In this document: piece after piece, positions 11,501-24,800 of the stretch
Layout: each line of letters starts with the position of its first letter
Position numbering within the stretch: the first letter of the stretch is position 1
Assembly: GCA_036172245.1 (NCBI GenBank)
Contig: JAYWIR010000024.1
Location: 2,170,001-2,234,000 of the forward strand
Direction of reading: 5' to 3'
DNA: 64,000 bases
Origin: Raillietiella orientalis
Taxonomy: Eukaryota
Program-made: the position numbers and the translations under genes
Notes under the pieces: generated by a model
Told to the model about the DNA's origin: nothing
What the model saw: only the letters and a program-made list of their open reading frames with translations
The model's database searches: none

Positions 11501-14254
11501 AAGTCTCAGGTAAAAAAAAAAAAAAAAAACGGATTTTCCTTTGACGCCGGAACATCGGGGAAGCGTCCAGAAAGTCTGCAGCCTCAGAGACCTCGTTTCG
11601 GACAAAAACGCGGGATGCCCCTTGGACAGAACGGAAGCGCACCACTGATGGCTGGGAACCTCCGAGGCGAGAAACACCATTTGGAAGCTCTCTGGAAGTG
11701 TTTGAAACACACTGGATGGGTTCGTCTGCGGAAAGCCCAGGCGATTCCGTGAGAAGGACGAAAGAGGAACTCGAGGTGCGTGGATCTTTGCGAAACTGCT
11801 TATGAATTTTGAGGTACGGCCTCGCAGACTTTCGAATTATTCCCGAGTGAATCTCGCATGTTCAGTTTTTTTTTTTTTTTTTAAAAAAAAAAAATGACTA
11901 CTTTTCTTGAAACTGTTTCTCGGAATCGTAATGAGGAATTCGGTTAGCTTCAAAGAGAGTAAGAACGAATGCACTTGTTGCTGCTGATGCAGAGACCCTG
12001 GTTCTGATGAGGTTCTCAAAGGAGACACTTGAGCACTCAAAAGTTGAAATTGAAGAATGTGGTTACAGTGTGTGTCCAGGAAAACGAGTGATTGACCCAG
12101 CATTAAACATGGGGCCGTTCCTTTACGATTTTCACTTAGCATTCCTCCACGTGGCTCATCTCTTTCCTGTTCCCGAAAAACTTTCCTGGTTCGCTTCGTA
12201 TTCCCGCTATTCGGATTTCGATTTCACATCCGCAGGGATACTTTTGGTTGAATTAAGCGTGGCCCGGTAAGTCCGTTAACCCGAAAGACAAAATTCCGAA
12301 ACAAAACTTCTCAAAGATGCGATCCTGCACCTCCTCCAGCTACTACCCAACTCTTCTATCCATATCGATCCACAAGAACAAATCGTAAAAAAAAAAAAAA
12401 AAAACCATGCATGTTTTGGAAGAAATCAAAATTTCTCGTCCCCCTCTGCTAGGATTTTTAGAGTTGGCTGGTCACTTTCCAGCAGATTCAGAACATGTAC
12501 TCCTGTCGATACCCCATGTACCTTACACATAAGTAAACACAAAACACGCTTGCAGGAACACCTTCAGATGGTGCGACCCGGTCAAACAAGGCGTGGATGC
12601 AGATTCGTTTTGAGAATGGTTATGCACCTTACTTGGACCGACTCTGTTCCACTATGTTCTTTAGTGTTCACCTGAATCTTGAATAACAACCACCACCCCG
12701 AGATTTCAACCACTATGTTTGCCAATGCATTACTTTGTGCACATTTTGTGTACACACTTGCACGTTAATTTTGAGCTACATCTTATTGAATGTAACTTTG
12801 TAGCTGACTGCATTACTGTCGTGATTGAATGTGTTCTACTAACTTTGTAGTAGATGTGTCTGTGTGAAACTCTGCCTCTTCAAGTTTCGTAACAGTGGGA
12901 AGCTTTGGAATATTTTTATTCCTCATTAGTTTTCAAATTACCTTCACTTTCATTAGAGGAAAGTGAAAGACGAGGGAAAATTTTGAATTCCAATTTATGT
13001 ATGAAAATTGCAAAACTTTTCCTAATTCTCTATATTTTATGTTTTGATATTTAAATGCATAAAGATTTTCTTGAGATGATGAATGATTCAAAGCATGTAA
13101 AAAAAAAAACACATGTTCAAAATAAGCTTTTCAGAAAGACATTCAGTGGTTACTTGTACATCACTAGTACAACTCGTAAAAAGCACACATTTGCGCAGAC
13201 TTTAGATATACAACTTGAAAAAAAGTTAGACAAAAAACACCAGAATTGGTACTGGTGAAAAAATGCATTAAGCTGCTGTCTCATAGATGATCCAATGGTT
13301 TTAATTATATTTTTCATTTTAAATTTTGAAATTGTTAAAATAGTAGTGTTACATAAAAAACACCACTATCCACATGAATAACTTGAATGTTGAAGGGCAA
13401 CAGAAAAATAAAACAAAAAAAAAAAACCTTCTTCTATGCATTTGATACTTTTGATTTCCTATCAGAATCTTAAAATTATAACGGATTTGCTTCACACTGA
13501 GTAATTAGCTTCAATATAATCTCAGTTCCTTAATAACTTATAAGGATGATCACCTTTACAGTTTGCAGTGCCTGGTGAAAATTACACCACATGTTTTGGT
13601 GTGATTTACATACTTTGGGTGTTTCATATTGACATTATTATGTACTACATAAAAAAATTAGGCATGTCTACTTCAGAACATCAGTTTTAGACAAGAGAGC
13701 ACTACAACACACAAAGGATGCAACCTTTGGTTTTATATTTTTGCTGTGGTCGGAAAGTTCTTAAAAAATTTTAACCAATACTACATAAAAAATAGTATAA
13801 AGTACACCGAAAGGTACGGTGTACTCTATACTATTTTTGATTTACAGTATAAGTTTCAACTTCTCCTGGTATCTTTTTTCCTTTTAATCGAATCAGAAGC
13901 ATTTCCAAAAAAAAAAAAACATTTGGATTTCAAGCTTCAGATTTTACAAACTCATCAAAAAATAGACACTACTTTTTAATTTCGCGTGACATAATTATTC
14001 AATCACATGGATAGCATAATCAGGGCTGTACTTGGTGTAAATAAAGGACTAAACAATAAAAAAAACACTGTCCACATTCAGACGAATGTTACAATTACAA
14101 TGCACCTTTATTTACTGGTACAATTTGGTTATGATTGTTTCCTATCTCTATTTATTACATTGCACAATATAACCTTTAAATACTTAGATTACACGGATTA
14201 CTCACAGCCAACGAGAGGCATTGACACTCCATTATTTAACGTGACAGATCCCAT
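5509..14254 (-). CDS. Aldo-keto reductase family protein, 289 aa, 7 coding exons: 14254-14206, 10963-10883, 10821-10714, 10064-9963, 7326-7148, 6606-6399, 5651-5509
   Basis: Exons join in phase through GT-AG introns (870 nt). Motifs are MGSVTLNNGVSMPLVGFGTY, GYRSIDTAEVYGNE, FITSK, YIDLYLIHWP, IGVSNY, QVILKW and VLPKS. The AKR catalytic tetrad D-Y-K-H is intact. Confidence 0.95.
8015..8854 (-). CDS. Divergent glutathione S-transferase-fold protein (sigma-class-like) with N-terminal hydrophobic anchor, 279 aa, single coding exon, nested in AKR intron 4
   Basis: EDWPAVKSLIPFAKMPLLLVDDSKVLGQTPVICRFIASEHNMYG fits the GST N-domain pattern. YIVGDTFSLADF fits the GST C-domain N-capping/hydrophobic-staple motif. 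Residues ~3-21 are hydrophobic. Lies wholly within intron 7327-9962. Confidence 0.8.
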   Translation of the reverse strand: MGAALWITACSFLIALSSFLYKTVQKAVEGLQEKRKAVLAKEKRAEKLHYEIIQRKMRHTSFKYIDFKMCRPLDSIPSIPLLLLRVIGVHHEIVSVTKEDWPAVKSLIPFAKMPLLLVDDSKVLGQTPVICRFIASEHNMYGRNSHETLLVDDLVRKFFSTLQDGTLIKGLELNPIDGGDKEASGDHNPYFRKLNQYLTFVDSKPSPRGGNRYIVGDTFSLADFLIIYAYLSLHCVGEIPRNAFPNLRDIVFSKEASSIAKEMHVEMPEFNKSPIGADS

Positions 14255-17200
14255 TTTCAAACAGGTGATTCGTACACAAGAAATCAATAAGGCGGTCCAA
14301 ACTTCTGCATTGCCAACACTCGTATTAAAAGATCCAAAGACAAACTGCAAAAAGTAAGGCTAGCATTCAATTTGATTATGGCCCTTGTTTCTGTTTTAAG
14401 TTTAAGTTATTTTATCTTTAGGCTTTAAAACTTAAAGATAAAATAACATTTAAAATACGCATTTGTTAAAACTTATAAACAAGTTTATCTCATAGATAAG
14501 AGCATTTATTTATCAGATTCTGAAAATCTGTTATTCAAGTAGCTATCAAGACTGCATTTAGAATGAAGGAGTATTAAGGATAATTATATAATTTAAAATT
14601 TGCATGAATTCCGATACCATCAGATAAAATTAAATTGAGTCATATGGTTCATATTTTCCTCAACTTTCATTAGTTATTATTTATTGTGAAAACTGCTTCC
14701 TCAATGGAAAACTGCAATCTGCAACCTTTCTAATGATTTATTTTCCCTCTTCAATTATTTTTCGACACTTAAAATTCCCTTATTTCCCTTTCATTCATGA
14801 CTTATGCTCTTTGTAATAGATTGATAACCTTAGATTATATTAGTAGTTTCGCCAACGATGAAATAAAACTAAAATTATAGAATCAAGTCCAGAATTATTT
14901 ATAAGAATATGGCCTTAATTTTTTAAAGGTGCACACTCCTATCTTCTTTTATTTCTGTTAAGAACTTGAAGCAGTGAAGAATGTGTAAAAACAATTCTCC
15001 ACTTGTTTCCATATGATATGATTACGACCTATATGATCATCACTATTATTTCCATCATTACATGGAAAGCATATCTGCAATACACAAAAAGTTGTCTCTC
15101 AACAAAATATTTAGTGTATCGAAGAGAATTTTGTTTCTAACTTAGGTTTTCTTACCTAACCAGTTTTTTGTTTATGTTTTATATGATAAAGTGGCTTCTT
15201 TTTCACTTATCCTATAATTCACAGTGAAAGGTAATGAGATAGCCTACGGATTCGGTACTGTTCGTGTTTTTTCATTCAGCTTGCTTATTTCTCTTTAACG
15301 CATTTAGATTTATACTAAATTAATGAATTCTCCTGTTTTCTTTATCTATTTATTTCTGTATCTTTATTTGAATCCATAAGGATAGAATTACTAATGAAAG
15401 TTTGTTTTAGTCAGTTTTCTACGATTAGTGTTTTGAAATTCCAAAAATTAATCTTAATGCAATATTGTAGCATCTGTTCTTATAATGTTTGAATTGAAAA
15501 TGAATACATGGTTTCGAATTAAGGTTTTGGGTAATGGACAGTTTGCAACAAATTCGTAACATGATGAGTATCACTAATTTGCTGATGTGCATTTCAGTTT
15601 GCGAATTGAATAGCTTATGAAATTAGTTTATTGTATACGTTTCCACAGCACTGGTTTTCCAGATAGCAAAGATAATACTACGGAAATTTCTCATGAGGAA
15701 TACAATAAAGCAAACTCTTTGGGCAACTCATTCCTGTACTGTAAAAAACAGAATTTTCGAAACAGCAGGGAACATTAAAGAATGGTCCATCAGATTCTAA
15801 CCATACGAGTATCAAGAATGTATACGCATTTTAAGAGTAATGGACAGTTTATAATTTTAAGAGTAAATGGTGCTATGGATCAGTGAAGAAAATCTGCTGC
15901 TTGACGGGCTCTATATCACAACATTGGGTCGGATTAGAAGTGCAAGAAAAATAAGTCCTTCCTAATGAGGTTCTACTATTTGTTTAAAATCAATTATCAG
16001 CTGTTTCAATGAGAATTCAATAAGCAAGATAACTTAGGAACAAAATAAGATAAAATCCCGGGTTTTCTGAAATAATATTGAATAATTAATTGATAGAAGA
16101 AAGAGTACCTTTGAGAACAGGTGTTAATTGTTGTTCAAAAGAGCACGCTGAAGCTAAACTGCTATATATGAGGTATACATTAACTCAAATTATAAAAGAA
16201 CATTTTCTTTCATAATGAAAAAGCTATACCTTCTTAAAACTGATTCAAAACAGACTTCAAATGGATAGCATGATTCGGCATAAAATTGTGACTTAATTTT
16301 TTGGTTTGGGCGCCATACATGGAAGGCAACATAAATGTTAATCTTTTTGTGGTGTGGGAAAGAACTCCCATTTACTTCCGTCTGAGCTTGACAAAGCAGT
16401 CGTATAACTTTTCTCTGATGTACACTGCAAAAGTGTACTTCTAGCCTTCAAAAGTTTCGATGGATTCTCGAATGTTTTAATATTCAAACTTTGCATATCT
16501 TATGGGCACCTCACTGGCTTTTTGGAATATAACAGACTCTTTAAAAAATTCTATGTTTTCATAAAGAAAGTCACATCATTCATCGAACACATTAAGAAGA
16601 TAAATTTCCATCAGAATGAAGACTAGTAGAAATGTAGCTGTTCATAGACGCATCACCAGGGTAGATTTCGCGATCAAAAGGATCAACGTTTTGTTTGACT
16701 AGATCATAAATTTAGAAAACAACCGGCTCATTACTATTTAATTCCTATTTTGTTAATTAGGATTAATATTAAGCACGCAATCTCTTCATGCCAAGTTGAT
16801 TTTCACATTTAAAAATTCCTGAATACTTCCTATATTATTTTGTGCGTATGTGGTCATTTTTGTTTTGCTTAAGTCCAAACTGGCTATAATTAATTTCATT
16901 CTTGGTATCTGAGATTGGTATTCTCATCAGCAAGCACTGAAAATGTAGAAAGTTCGTGCTGAAGAAATATTGCCTTCTCAGATTATAAAAATTCCCGTTT
17001 CTTCCTTTTGTCGCTGTTCTCGCTATCCATTTTGAATGTCTCCTTAAAATCATCGCACTGCTGGATATCGCTGTTAAGTATTCTATATGATAAATAGTTC
17101 ATAAGGCCAAAAATATCCTTTTTTCCACAAACTTTGTTGCTACATCCAGAATTGGAGTTGTTGAACCAGATGTGGTCCCAACATTTGGAGAGGCAGATTG

Positions 17201-17517
17201 AATTTCATTATTTGCATTCACCGGAGTTCATGATTGTGCCTGTTACAAAATATGGCAGTTTGAGTAGAAAATGGTTTTGCGATCGTGCTCGTTGCCACAT
17301 TTGAGAAATCGGATATCAGAGGTTATACCGCTTTTGTGCTTTTTGGGACCTTGATCCATCGTAAATTCTAATGGTAACCGTTAGTGCATATATGTCTAGA
17401 GTTTTTTTTCTCCACAGCATTAATGTTCTTCCTTATTTCGCCATATCATGAAGGCATACAGCGGAAAAGTGGTGAAAAAAGCACCGAAATTTATTGTCAT
17501 GACAATGGAGCTATGCA

Positions 17518-18843
17518 ATGAAAAGAAATCCTTTGTTCATGGAGCCTAACTTTCCCTATAAGATCACCAAATTATGTTATGATCATTATTTTGATAATTT
17601 GAAAAAAACTGGTAAGCCACAAGTAGGCAAAGAATGGACAGTAATGGCAGCCATAATTAAAAGTGATGACTTTAAAGCAGAAGAAGAAATGTTTGAAGTA
17701 GTAGCATTAGGTACAGGAACTAGTTGCATTGGGCAAACCCAGATGAACCATGGAGATATACTAAATGATAGTCATGCTGAGGTTGTAACAAGAAGGGCCT
17801 TTATTAGATATTTGTCTTATGAAATTCGCAAGCTATACATAGAGGGAAGTTCAGCAACATTAATATTTTCTGCTTCATTTAACATGTGCACTGTAAAACC
17901 AGGAATTCATTTTCATTTTTTTTGTACACATACACCATGTGGCGATGCATCAATAATTGACCAGGATCTAAACACCTGTGATAGTGATAATGAAGTAGAT
18001 TATGTACAAAACTACTTCCAAGATGATGCAACCATCTTTACTTCAATTCCTTCTTCAAATGAACATAAACTCTCACATGCTTTGGATATTTACAGGACTG
18101 GAGCAAAGTGCTTGCCTGGGAGTACACAAGATTCCAAACAACCAGGTTCTGCATACCATGCCCGTGGCTCTTTGAGAACAAAGCCAGGAAGAGGTGATCC
18201 TACTTTATCTATGTCTTGTAGTGACAAATTAGCAAAATGGATTATGTTGGGCTTTCAGGGTAGTATTCTAGCGCATTTTTTGGAAAGACCTGTTTGTGTA
18301 TCAACTGTGACAATTAGCAAATGCCCATATGACATTACTACAATGAGGCGTGCACTTTGGGAGCGTTTTAAACTAAAGCAATCATTGGAAATTAAGTATC
18401 TAAATATGGATTGGCCACTGTTATTATATTCAGATTTACCATTTGCACACAGCAAAAGTGAAACAGAAAAAATATGCAAGAAACCTGTGCCTTCACCTGC
18501 AAGTATTATTTGGAGTAAAGTGCCCATGAGTCCATTTGAAGTTTCTGTGAATGGATACAAACAAGGACTTACACATAAAATGTTGGAAACAACAAAGATG
18601 AGAGTTAGCATTTGCAAAAAATTGTTATATCATTCTTTCATATCACTTGTAGAAGAGATAGATAGCGATTGTTTACCAAATACCATATACCTTTTAAAAA
18701 GTCATTTATCAGAACTGTGCTATATGGATGTGAAACAGTTGAGCCCTTGGTATCATAGCATGTGGATGCACATCAAAAAGCAAGTTTTTAAACACTGGAG
18801 TGAGAAACCAGAAAGTTTTTCAAGGTTTACTTTGAATGATTAG
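17518..18843 (+). CDS. ADAT1: tRNA-specific adenosine deaminase 1 (A37 of tRNA-Ala), 441 aa, single coding exon
   Basis: ADAR-type deaminase domain with no dsRNA-binding domains. Motifs are KTGKP..EWTV, ALGTG, LNDSHAEV, TPCGDAS, YRTGAK and RTKPGRGDPTLSMSCSDK. A likely 5'UTR acceptor TTCTCCACAG ends at 17417. Confidence 0.93.
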   Translation: MKRNPLFMEPNFPYKITKLCYDHYFDNLKKTGKPQVGKEWTVMAAIIKSDDFKAEEEMFEVVALGTGTSCIGQTQMNHGDILNDSHAEVVTRRAFIRYLSYEIRKLYIEGSSATLIFSASFNMCTVKPGIHFHFFCTHTPCGDASIIDQDLNTCDSDNEVDYVQNYFQDDATIFTSIPSSNEHKLSHALDIYRTGAKCLPGSTQDSKQPGSAYHARGSLRTKPGRGDPTLSMSCSDKLAKWIMLGFQGSILAHFLERPVCVSTVTISKCPYDITTMRRALWERFKLKQSLEIKYLNMDWPLLLYSDLPFAHSKSETEKICKKPVPSPASIIWSKVPMSPFEVSVNGYKQGLTHKMLETTKMRVSICKKLLYHSFISLVEEIDSDCLPNTIYLLKSHLSELCYMDVKQLSPWYHSMWMHIKKQVFKHWSEKPESFSRFTLND

Positions 18844-21800
18844 TTATTTTCATATTTTTTAAAAAATGTGTTTATAATTTGTAATGCAGCTATTCTAAGT
18901 ATGTCACTTGGTAAAGAATCAAGACATAAGTTCTTATGTATGTATAAAGGTCAAGATTGTGCTAAACCAAAAGATTCATAGCAACACTGATTCTGTTATT
19001 TGTTAACCTAGTGATCATCCACTGTACAAACATGTTATTACCTCCAGAAGGATTGACTAATCTAAATCTTATGCCTTTTTTAGTAAAGTTTATAAAATTG
19101 TTTAAGTAACTGGGTATCTTAGTAAAAGTAACCAACAAGAGAAACCAAAGATTTGATGGATTCTTTGCAGTTATATCTGAAAAAAACAATTTTTCTTATT
19201 CAGCATTTCTTATGTTGCTTTAATCATTGATTTGCTGATATCTAATGAGTAAAAAACAGTCCATTGTACAATTTGTTATCAAATATATTTTGCATTACAT
19301 ATCGAGGGTCTTACTTTGGTGAGTTAAATAATGGTATATGGGGTAGCAAATAAGGTAGCAAAAATATCCAAAATCAGGCCTGAGACCTATGAAGAAAGGA
19401 TGTTACATCAGTTTATCATCAAAAACATAAGAATGTTGTCAAAGAGCAGCAACTTTTTGCTGGTTTGATGCCTAGGAAATAATGAAATGGTCTGAATACA
19501 GCTTCACCAGCATTCATTCAAATTTCCCGTTGAAACTTTTGTATTTAAAGAAAAAATCATTCAATCTTAGGTTAATCACATTCCTGAAAATGGTCTCCAT
19601 CCTAGAAATAACTACAGATAAGTAATCTGCATATGTAGCCATGCAGCAGAAAAAACTGTCAGAAAACTACAACAGCCACCTAAATACATTGCACTGATAG
19701 CTAAGGCAAATGGAAAGCTCAAGCAAAGTTCTGAAGTACTTGAGTATTTCTTTATATTATAGTTTCAATTATTTGCAAAAATGGGTTTTAAGCGTAAAAA
19801 GTGACATTAATCTTAAACAGATGTAACATATTTATGTATCAGCAAAAAGATTTGAGCAAAGCTTCTGATTGTGTAAGCTATTCATCCCTGAGGCTACAAC
19901 AAAACCTGATCTTTTTGCATCATTAGAAAAAACAGAGAACCAGAAAAAAGTCAAGCTCAGTCAAGTGATGCTTAGAATGTATTCTATATACATTTTTTAA
20001 TTAGAAAAAGAAGGAAATAGTGTAGATATACTTCAAGTAAACCAAGATTTTCTTTTTTGTCTTTTTTGTTTTTTTTTTTTTTACAAAAGTGCACAAAAAT
20101 CGGAACAATTTGTTGAAGTGGAATATTTTGTTTGGCACAAAGGGGAATGACTCTTTGAGTGTTGAGCAACATGAAATTAAAGTCTTGTGAAACTGAACAA
20201 ATATAGAAGGAATACGTGTATTAAATTTAGGAACTAGTTGTGCTTGATTCAAGGTCTTTTGTTTTAATATGAAACCTCGGAAGATTATGATTTTGTTTAT
20301 GTTTACAAAAAAAAAAAACTAAGAAAATGGTACTCTGAGGCAAAATTCTTCGTTAATTCGTAAATCTGCTGCCCCGTTATGACGTTCTTTCATTCAGATG
20401 CACCCATGGTTTCCAAAGAAATTGTTTCTCGGAATCTGTTGATACCCTTTCTTCCAAGCAGGGTACTTTAATTTCATTGAAGTACAGTTCACTGCATGTT
20501 CCAGAGTCTTTAAGGGAGTGTTTTTTGCTTGGTTTCTTCTTGGCCTCTTTCCTGTGGTGTTAGAATTTCGTTAAGTACTGTTTAGACGAATCCATGTAAA
20601 GCCATTTATGATAGTGGAACATGATTCACAAGAAATGCACATGATTTTACAGAGTGCTTTTCAGCGATTAATCCTATCACACTCAAGCAAATTGTTTCCT
20701 CATACCGAAGACCTGAAGATAACCCTCCAAAAGCAAGAGCACTTCTCCAGCATGAAGCAGACCCTTCATTACAAGTTCGGTGAAAATGACAGAGTCCTCC
20801 GTTTTTCGGAAACCGTATGTTTTGTGAATCCAATACAAGCGCTCCTAAATCCAAACGTTTACCCCAGACCGTGGTGAATTGGAGCTTTGGTATGCAAGTG
20901 AGGGATCGAATTCTGCTTTCGAAATCACGGCTTAGTTACTCTCCAGTGAATTAGGTGCAATTTCGTCTTCAAGACGACTGTTTTCGATTCCTTCTATGCT
21001 TTCAGCAGTTCTTTCTTTCGATCGCTTCACGAAACACCACCGTAGTGTTCCTCCCGGAAGCATCGCGAGCCGGTGGTACACCCTCTACCAGATTAAGCAA
21101 TCTTCTCGGCGAGCTAAAACGGATTGACGAACCGAAATATTTTCTTGAGCTTCCAACCTGGAACCGCAGTATACGTTCCCGACACATGCCTGGAACCGTC
21201 TCGTTTAGATAAGGGTGCAACGAGCAGTGAACAGTAATAAGACAACCCACATTACACTTGCGAGCACGTTCCTTCTGAGAGGCCACCATATCGGAATCAC
21301 TCCCCAAGAGCTGGCAAACTTCGAAACTTCACAGTCCCTAACCGTGCATTGGGTCCTTGCATTATTAATGTTCCTTTTCACCTGTTCCCGAAGGGCAACT
21401 GTTGACGATGGGAAGTTCTGAAACTCGATAACTGGGGAGAACTCTCATCTGCTACTTTACGAGCTGCTCGCAGTCCGTTTGCAGGAAACACCTCTATTTG
21501 TATGCAGCGAGATCTCGGTTTGCATGGTATTTGAGTCCCCTCTCCGAAGATTTGCCTTCCAAAGTGCATCGCCGATACCCTTTTGCCTTCAAAAGCACTC
21601 GGCAAGGCGATACACAAAGCAACTTGCAATTCAGCTTTGCTTTTTGTTATAGGTACATTAGTGCTCATCTAGAGATTATTCCAGAATGCCTGATTTCTTT
21701 CGACCTAATCACGTTGGTGATTAGGTCCAGTAGAGCTCATAAGGTTGGATAGGGGAGTTCCAACGGGTTGCCATGTATGCATTTGCTCAGGGAAATACTT

Positions 21801-24800
21801 GCCAGCAAAATGCATGTCACATTAGGTGCGATCCACAAAGTGCTCTGGCAAACGATAAAATGAATCAAATTGCAGGCAACGCTCCATAGCAACTAATGAA
21901 TAAAAAAAATCATCAAGAGAGAGACGAATGAATAAGTGAGTGAACCAAGAGTTCTTGCTGTTAAATGGATTAAAGAGCCGCATCAGCTGGAGGTAAGTGG
22001 ATGACGTTCGTTCGTGGTTAGGCAAAAGTTTCGAAGGAAATCAAAAATCCATCGTCTTAAATTGAGTGGCCAGTAACAGGATAAAGTTACTAAGCAGAAA
22101 TGCCCGTTTGCTATCAAATTTCGGAAGCCATGGACGCGACTTGCCAAAATGAAAGTGGTGCAGTCCGTGGAGATACAGCAAAAAAAAAAAAAGCCTCTAT
22201 TGTTTGCGATGGATTTGAAATTTGGGACACAGTCGTAAAGTGAAATTGGCATATCTGTTTTAATACTTAGTAATGCTTTTTCATTATAACTAATCGCAAA
22301 ATAAAATTTCTTCCCTCCTCCCCCCCTCCCCTCCAAGGAAAGCATATCAAATACGTTCACGATTAGGTCATCTACTCATGAGTTCTTTATTTGTAAATGT
22401 ATTATTATTATTACATGAGCTTTAGACTGAAAACCCCTATCATAAGGGAACAAATGCCACCATTTTCTCAGCCAAAAGATAAGGACTGAAGGTTCTTTCA
22501 GATTTTCGTATCCTTGGATATTGCGTGGGAAAGTAGCAAAAACAAGGGATAGGGAAAGTAGCAGAGAATTGTTTCTCCTTGTCATTTTTCTAGGTGAGGT
22601 GTGTTTCCTTTTCATGTGACGTCATTCGTCATGTCATCACCACGTATTTCAGAATATTCTAAAAACGATCCTTACTTTCAATCCCCGAAAAGTATTTCTC
22701 CGAAAACATAATCGGTTTTCCCTTCAGCAAAGCATTCGACTCGACAGACATCTAATTTATGCAATCCACACTGTCGAAGGTGCAGTCCAGAGCATCTGTA
22801 GAAACAGTGCATTCCTCTAACAAGAAATAGCAGCATCAAGGATCTGAAGTTTTGCCTCGTGGAAGATTACTTGTGCAAACACTCAGCTCTTAAAAGGTGC
22901 TAATAAAATTTTCGATCGAATTTGTAGCTGAAACGGCTGTGACATTGGAGTTTCGCTGGTTGAATGCCATCTGCAATTTTCAAGTGTTTCCATAGCTCGA
23001 TGCATGTTGCTGAAGAGAGTGCCTTCTGTGGTTTGTTTGTTCATCTTTCAGCAAAGCAGTTGCTTTATTTAAGCAAGTGCAGTTCTTTCGTGTGGATGCC
23101 ATCAAGTTGCATTCGAAATGTCTTGCAATAAAAGAATTTTTTCCCTCACATGTATTGAATTATCTTGAGGATTTTGAGATTCGTTTTGAAAGTTTAGAGC
23201 ACCATTTTGTCGTTAGGATTCATTAGAAGAACAGGAATTGCCTCGCCATGTTTTCGCAGTTCCTTTAGTGAACCGATCCTTGAATTTGTATATCACAAAT
23301 GAGCTGCCAAGCATAAATTATTGCTGTTTGCCTCCTCCTTCTACAGATTTTGCCTTTATATTTATCATGACCTTGCAGACATGAATTTTACATGAGTTTA
23401 TAAAAAAATTCTCGTTGCTCATTTCCAAGTTTATGAATAACAAACACCAAACAAATGAGAACTGAAATGATTTGCCTCTTGCTTATTTTTAAGCCATGAT
23501 TATTATAATATTATCCCATGCTACTTCACCGTAGTAAGTTCAGAACTGTGGATTTCATCCAAGCATGTGCAAAAAGTATTTAGGCTCAGCTTTTTCCGTT
23601 GTACGGATTTTTACTTTGACGGCACTATTCTGTTTTAATCACCTTTCTGCAGACTCTTATGTGGAGCTTGTACCTTCATTTGTATGTTTCTTTTATACCA
23701 TGTAACTATGAACTTCCAGAGAAAATGGCTGTATTTCATTTTATCGTGTTTGGATGCAACAGTATTTATCGGGGCTGTTCATATGCAAAAGATTGTTCTG
23801 ACATATGAGCAAACAAGCGATCAAGGCATGGTTTGAAGGGACAAATTTTTTTTGATGCCAAGAAAACCAGATCAAGTCCAAGTTTGGATACCTGGCTTTT
23901 CAAAAGAATGATTGGATTTTAACATGAGTCTTCGACCCTAACAAAATCCGCCTCCTTAACGTATTGTGGATTCACTGCTAAGATTTCACCTGCAAACCCA
24001 AGCAAAATGTTGAATACTGAACACTTTTGAAACTCACCAGCTGCCGAAAAATAATTATTTTTCCCTGATTCGTTTTTCTAAAGTACGAAATCAGTATGAC
24101 CTTCATCCATTATTTTAGTTGCCATCATTTTTACAGTTGCTTTTCGCTGCCACTTTCGTCTGTCGGCTTTCTCATCTACCGGCTAATAAAATGTGGTCCT
24201 TTCTCAGACAGATTTCTCCGAATAGGAATCTGAAATCAGATTTCTCAGTTTTCCGAAAATGTGATTTCTTGTGCATGCTGGACACGTGGAATAAGTTGGG
24301 AAAATGATTTTCGTATAAATCAAGGTACCAAATTAATTCTAATTTGTTTATTTTTTGCTTGTTTCAATGTTTTCCTCAAAAAAATATCGTTCAAAGCAGT
24401 GAACAAAGGGGAACTGGTGCCCTATTGAACTAAATCCTTATTGGTAATCTGGATTTTTAAACTTCTCATTAGACGGCAAGGTATCGAAAATTGATATCAA
24501 TCGTTGCAGCCGTGTTGGAACCTTCAATAGCTTGTAATGGGATAAAATATTCTACTGATTCCTCCTGATTATACAGAAATTCTGTGATTATCCTCATCAT
24601 TTACTAATAAAAACAGCAAATGTGAACAAATTGAAGTTGAGCTCTCCGAAGAATACAGTACAGATTAAACCCACTAGTTGCGAATCTGAGAGGATTTAGT
24701 ATTAAGGATCCAGAGTTATAGGAATTTTAGAACTCATTACAATAAAAATTTTTAACTTCTTAAATGCAGTGCCAGTTAGCTTATTTTATTACATAAATTG

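Noticed and set aside
16835..17230. Protein-like minus-strand frames upstream of ADAT1
   Set aside because: Interrupted by stops with no consistent start; more likely promoter or UTR sequence.
18255..18617. 120-aa minus-strand ORF inside ADAT1
   Set aside because: Antisense shadow of a real CDS with no independent features.
22376..22624. 79-aa minus-strand ORF with a weak hydrophobic stretch next to a TGACGTCA palindrome
   Set aside because: Short, with a marginal signal-like segment and no splice or homology support.
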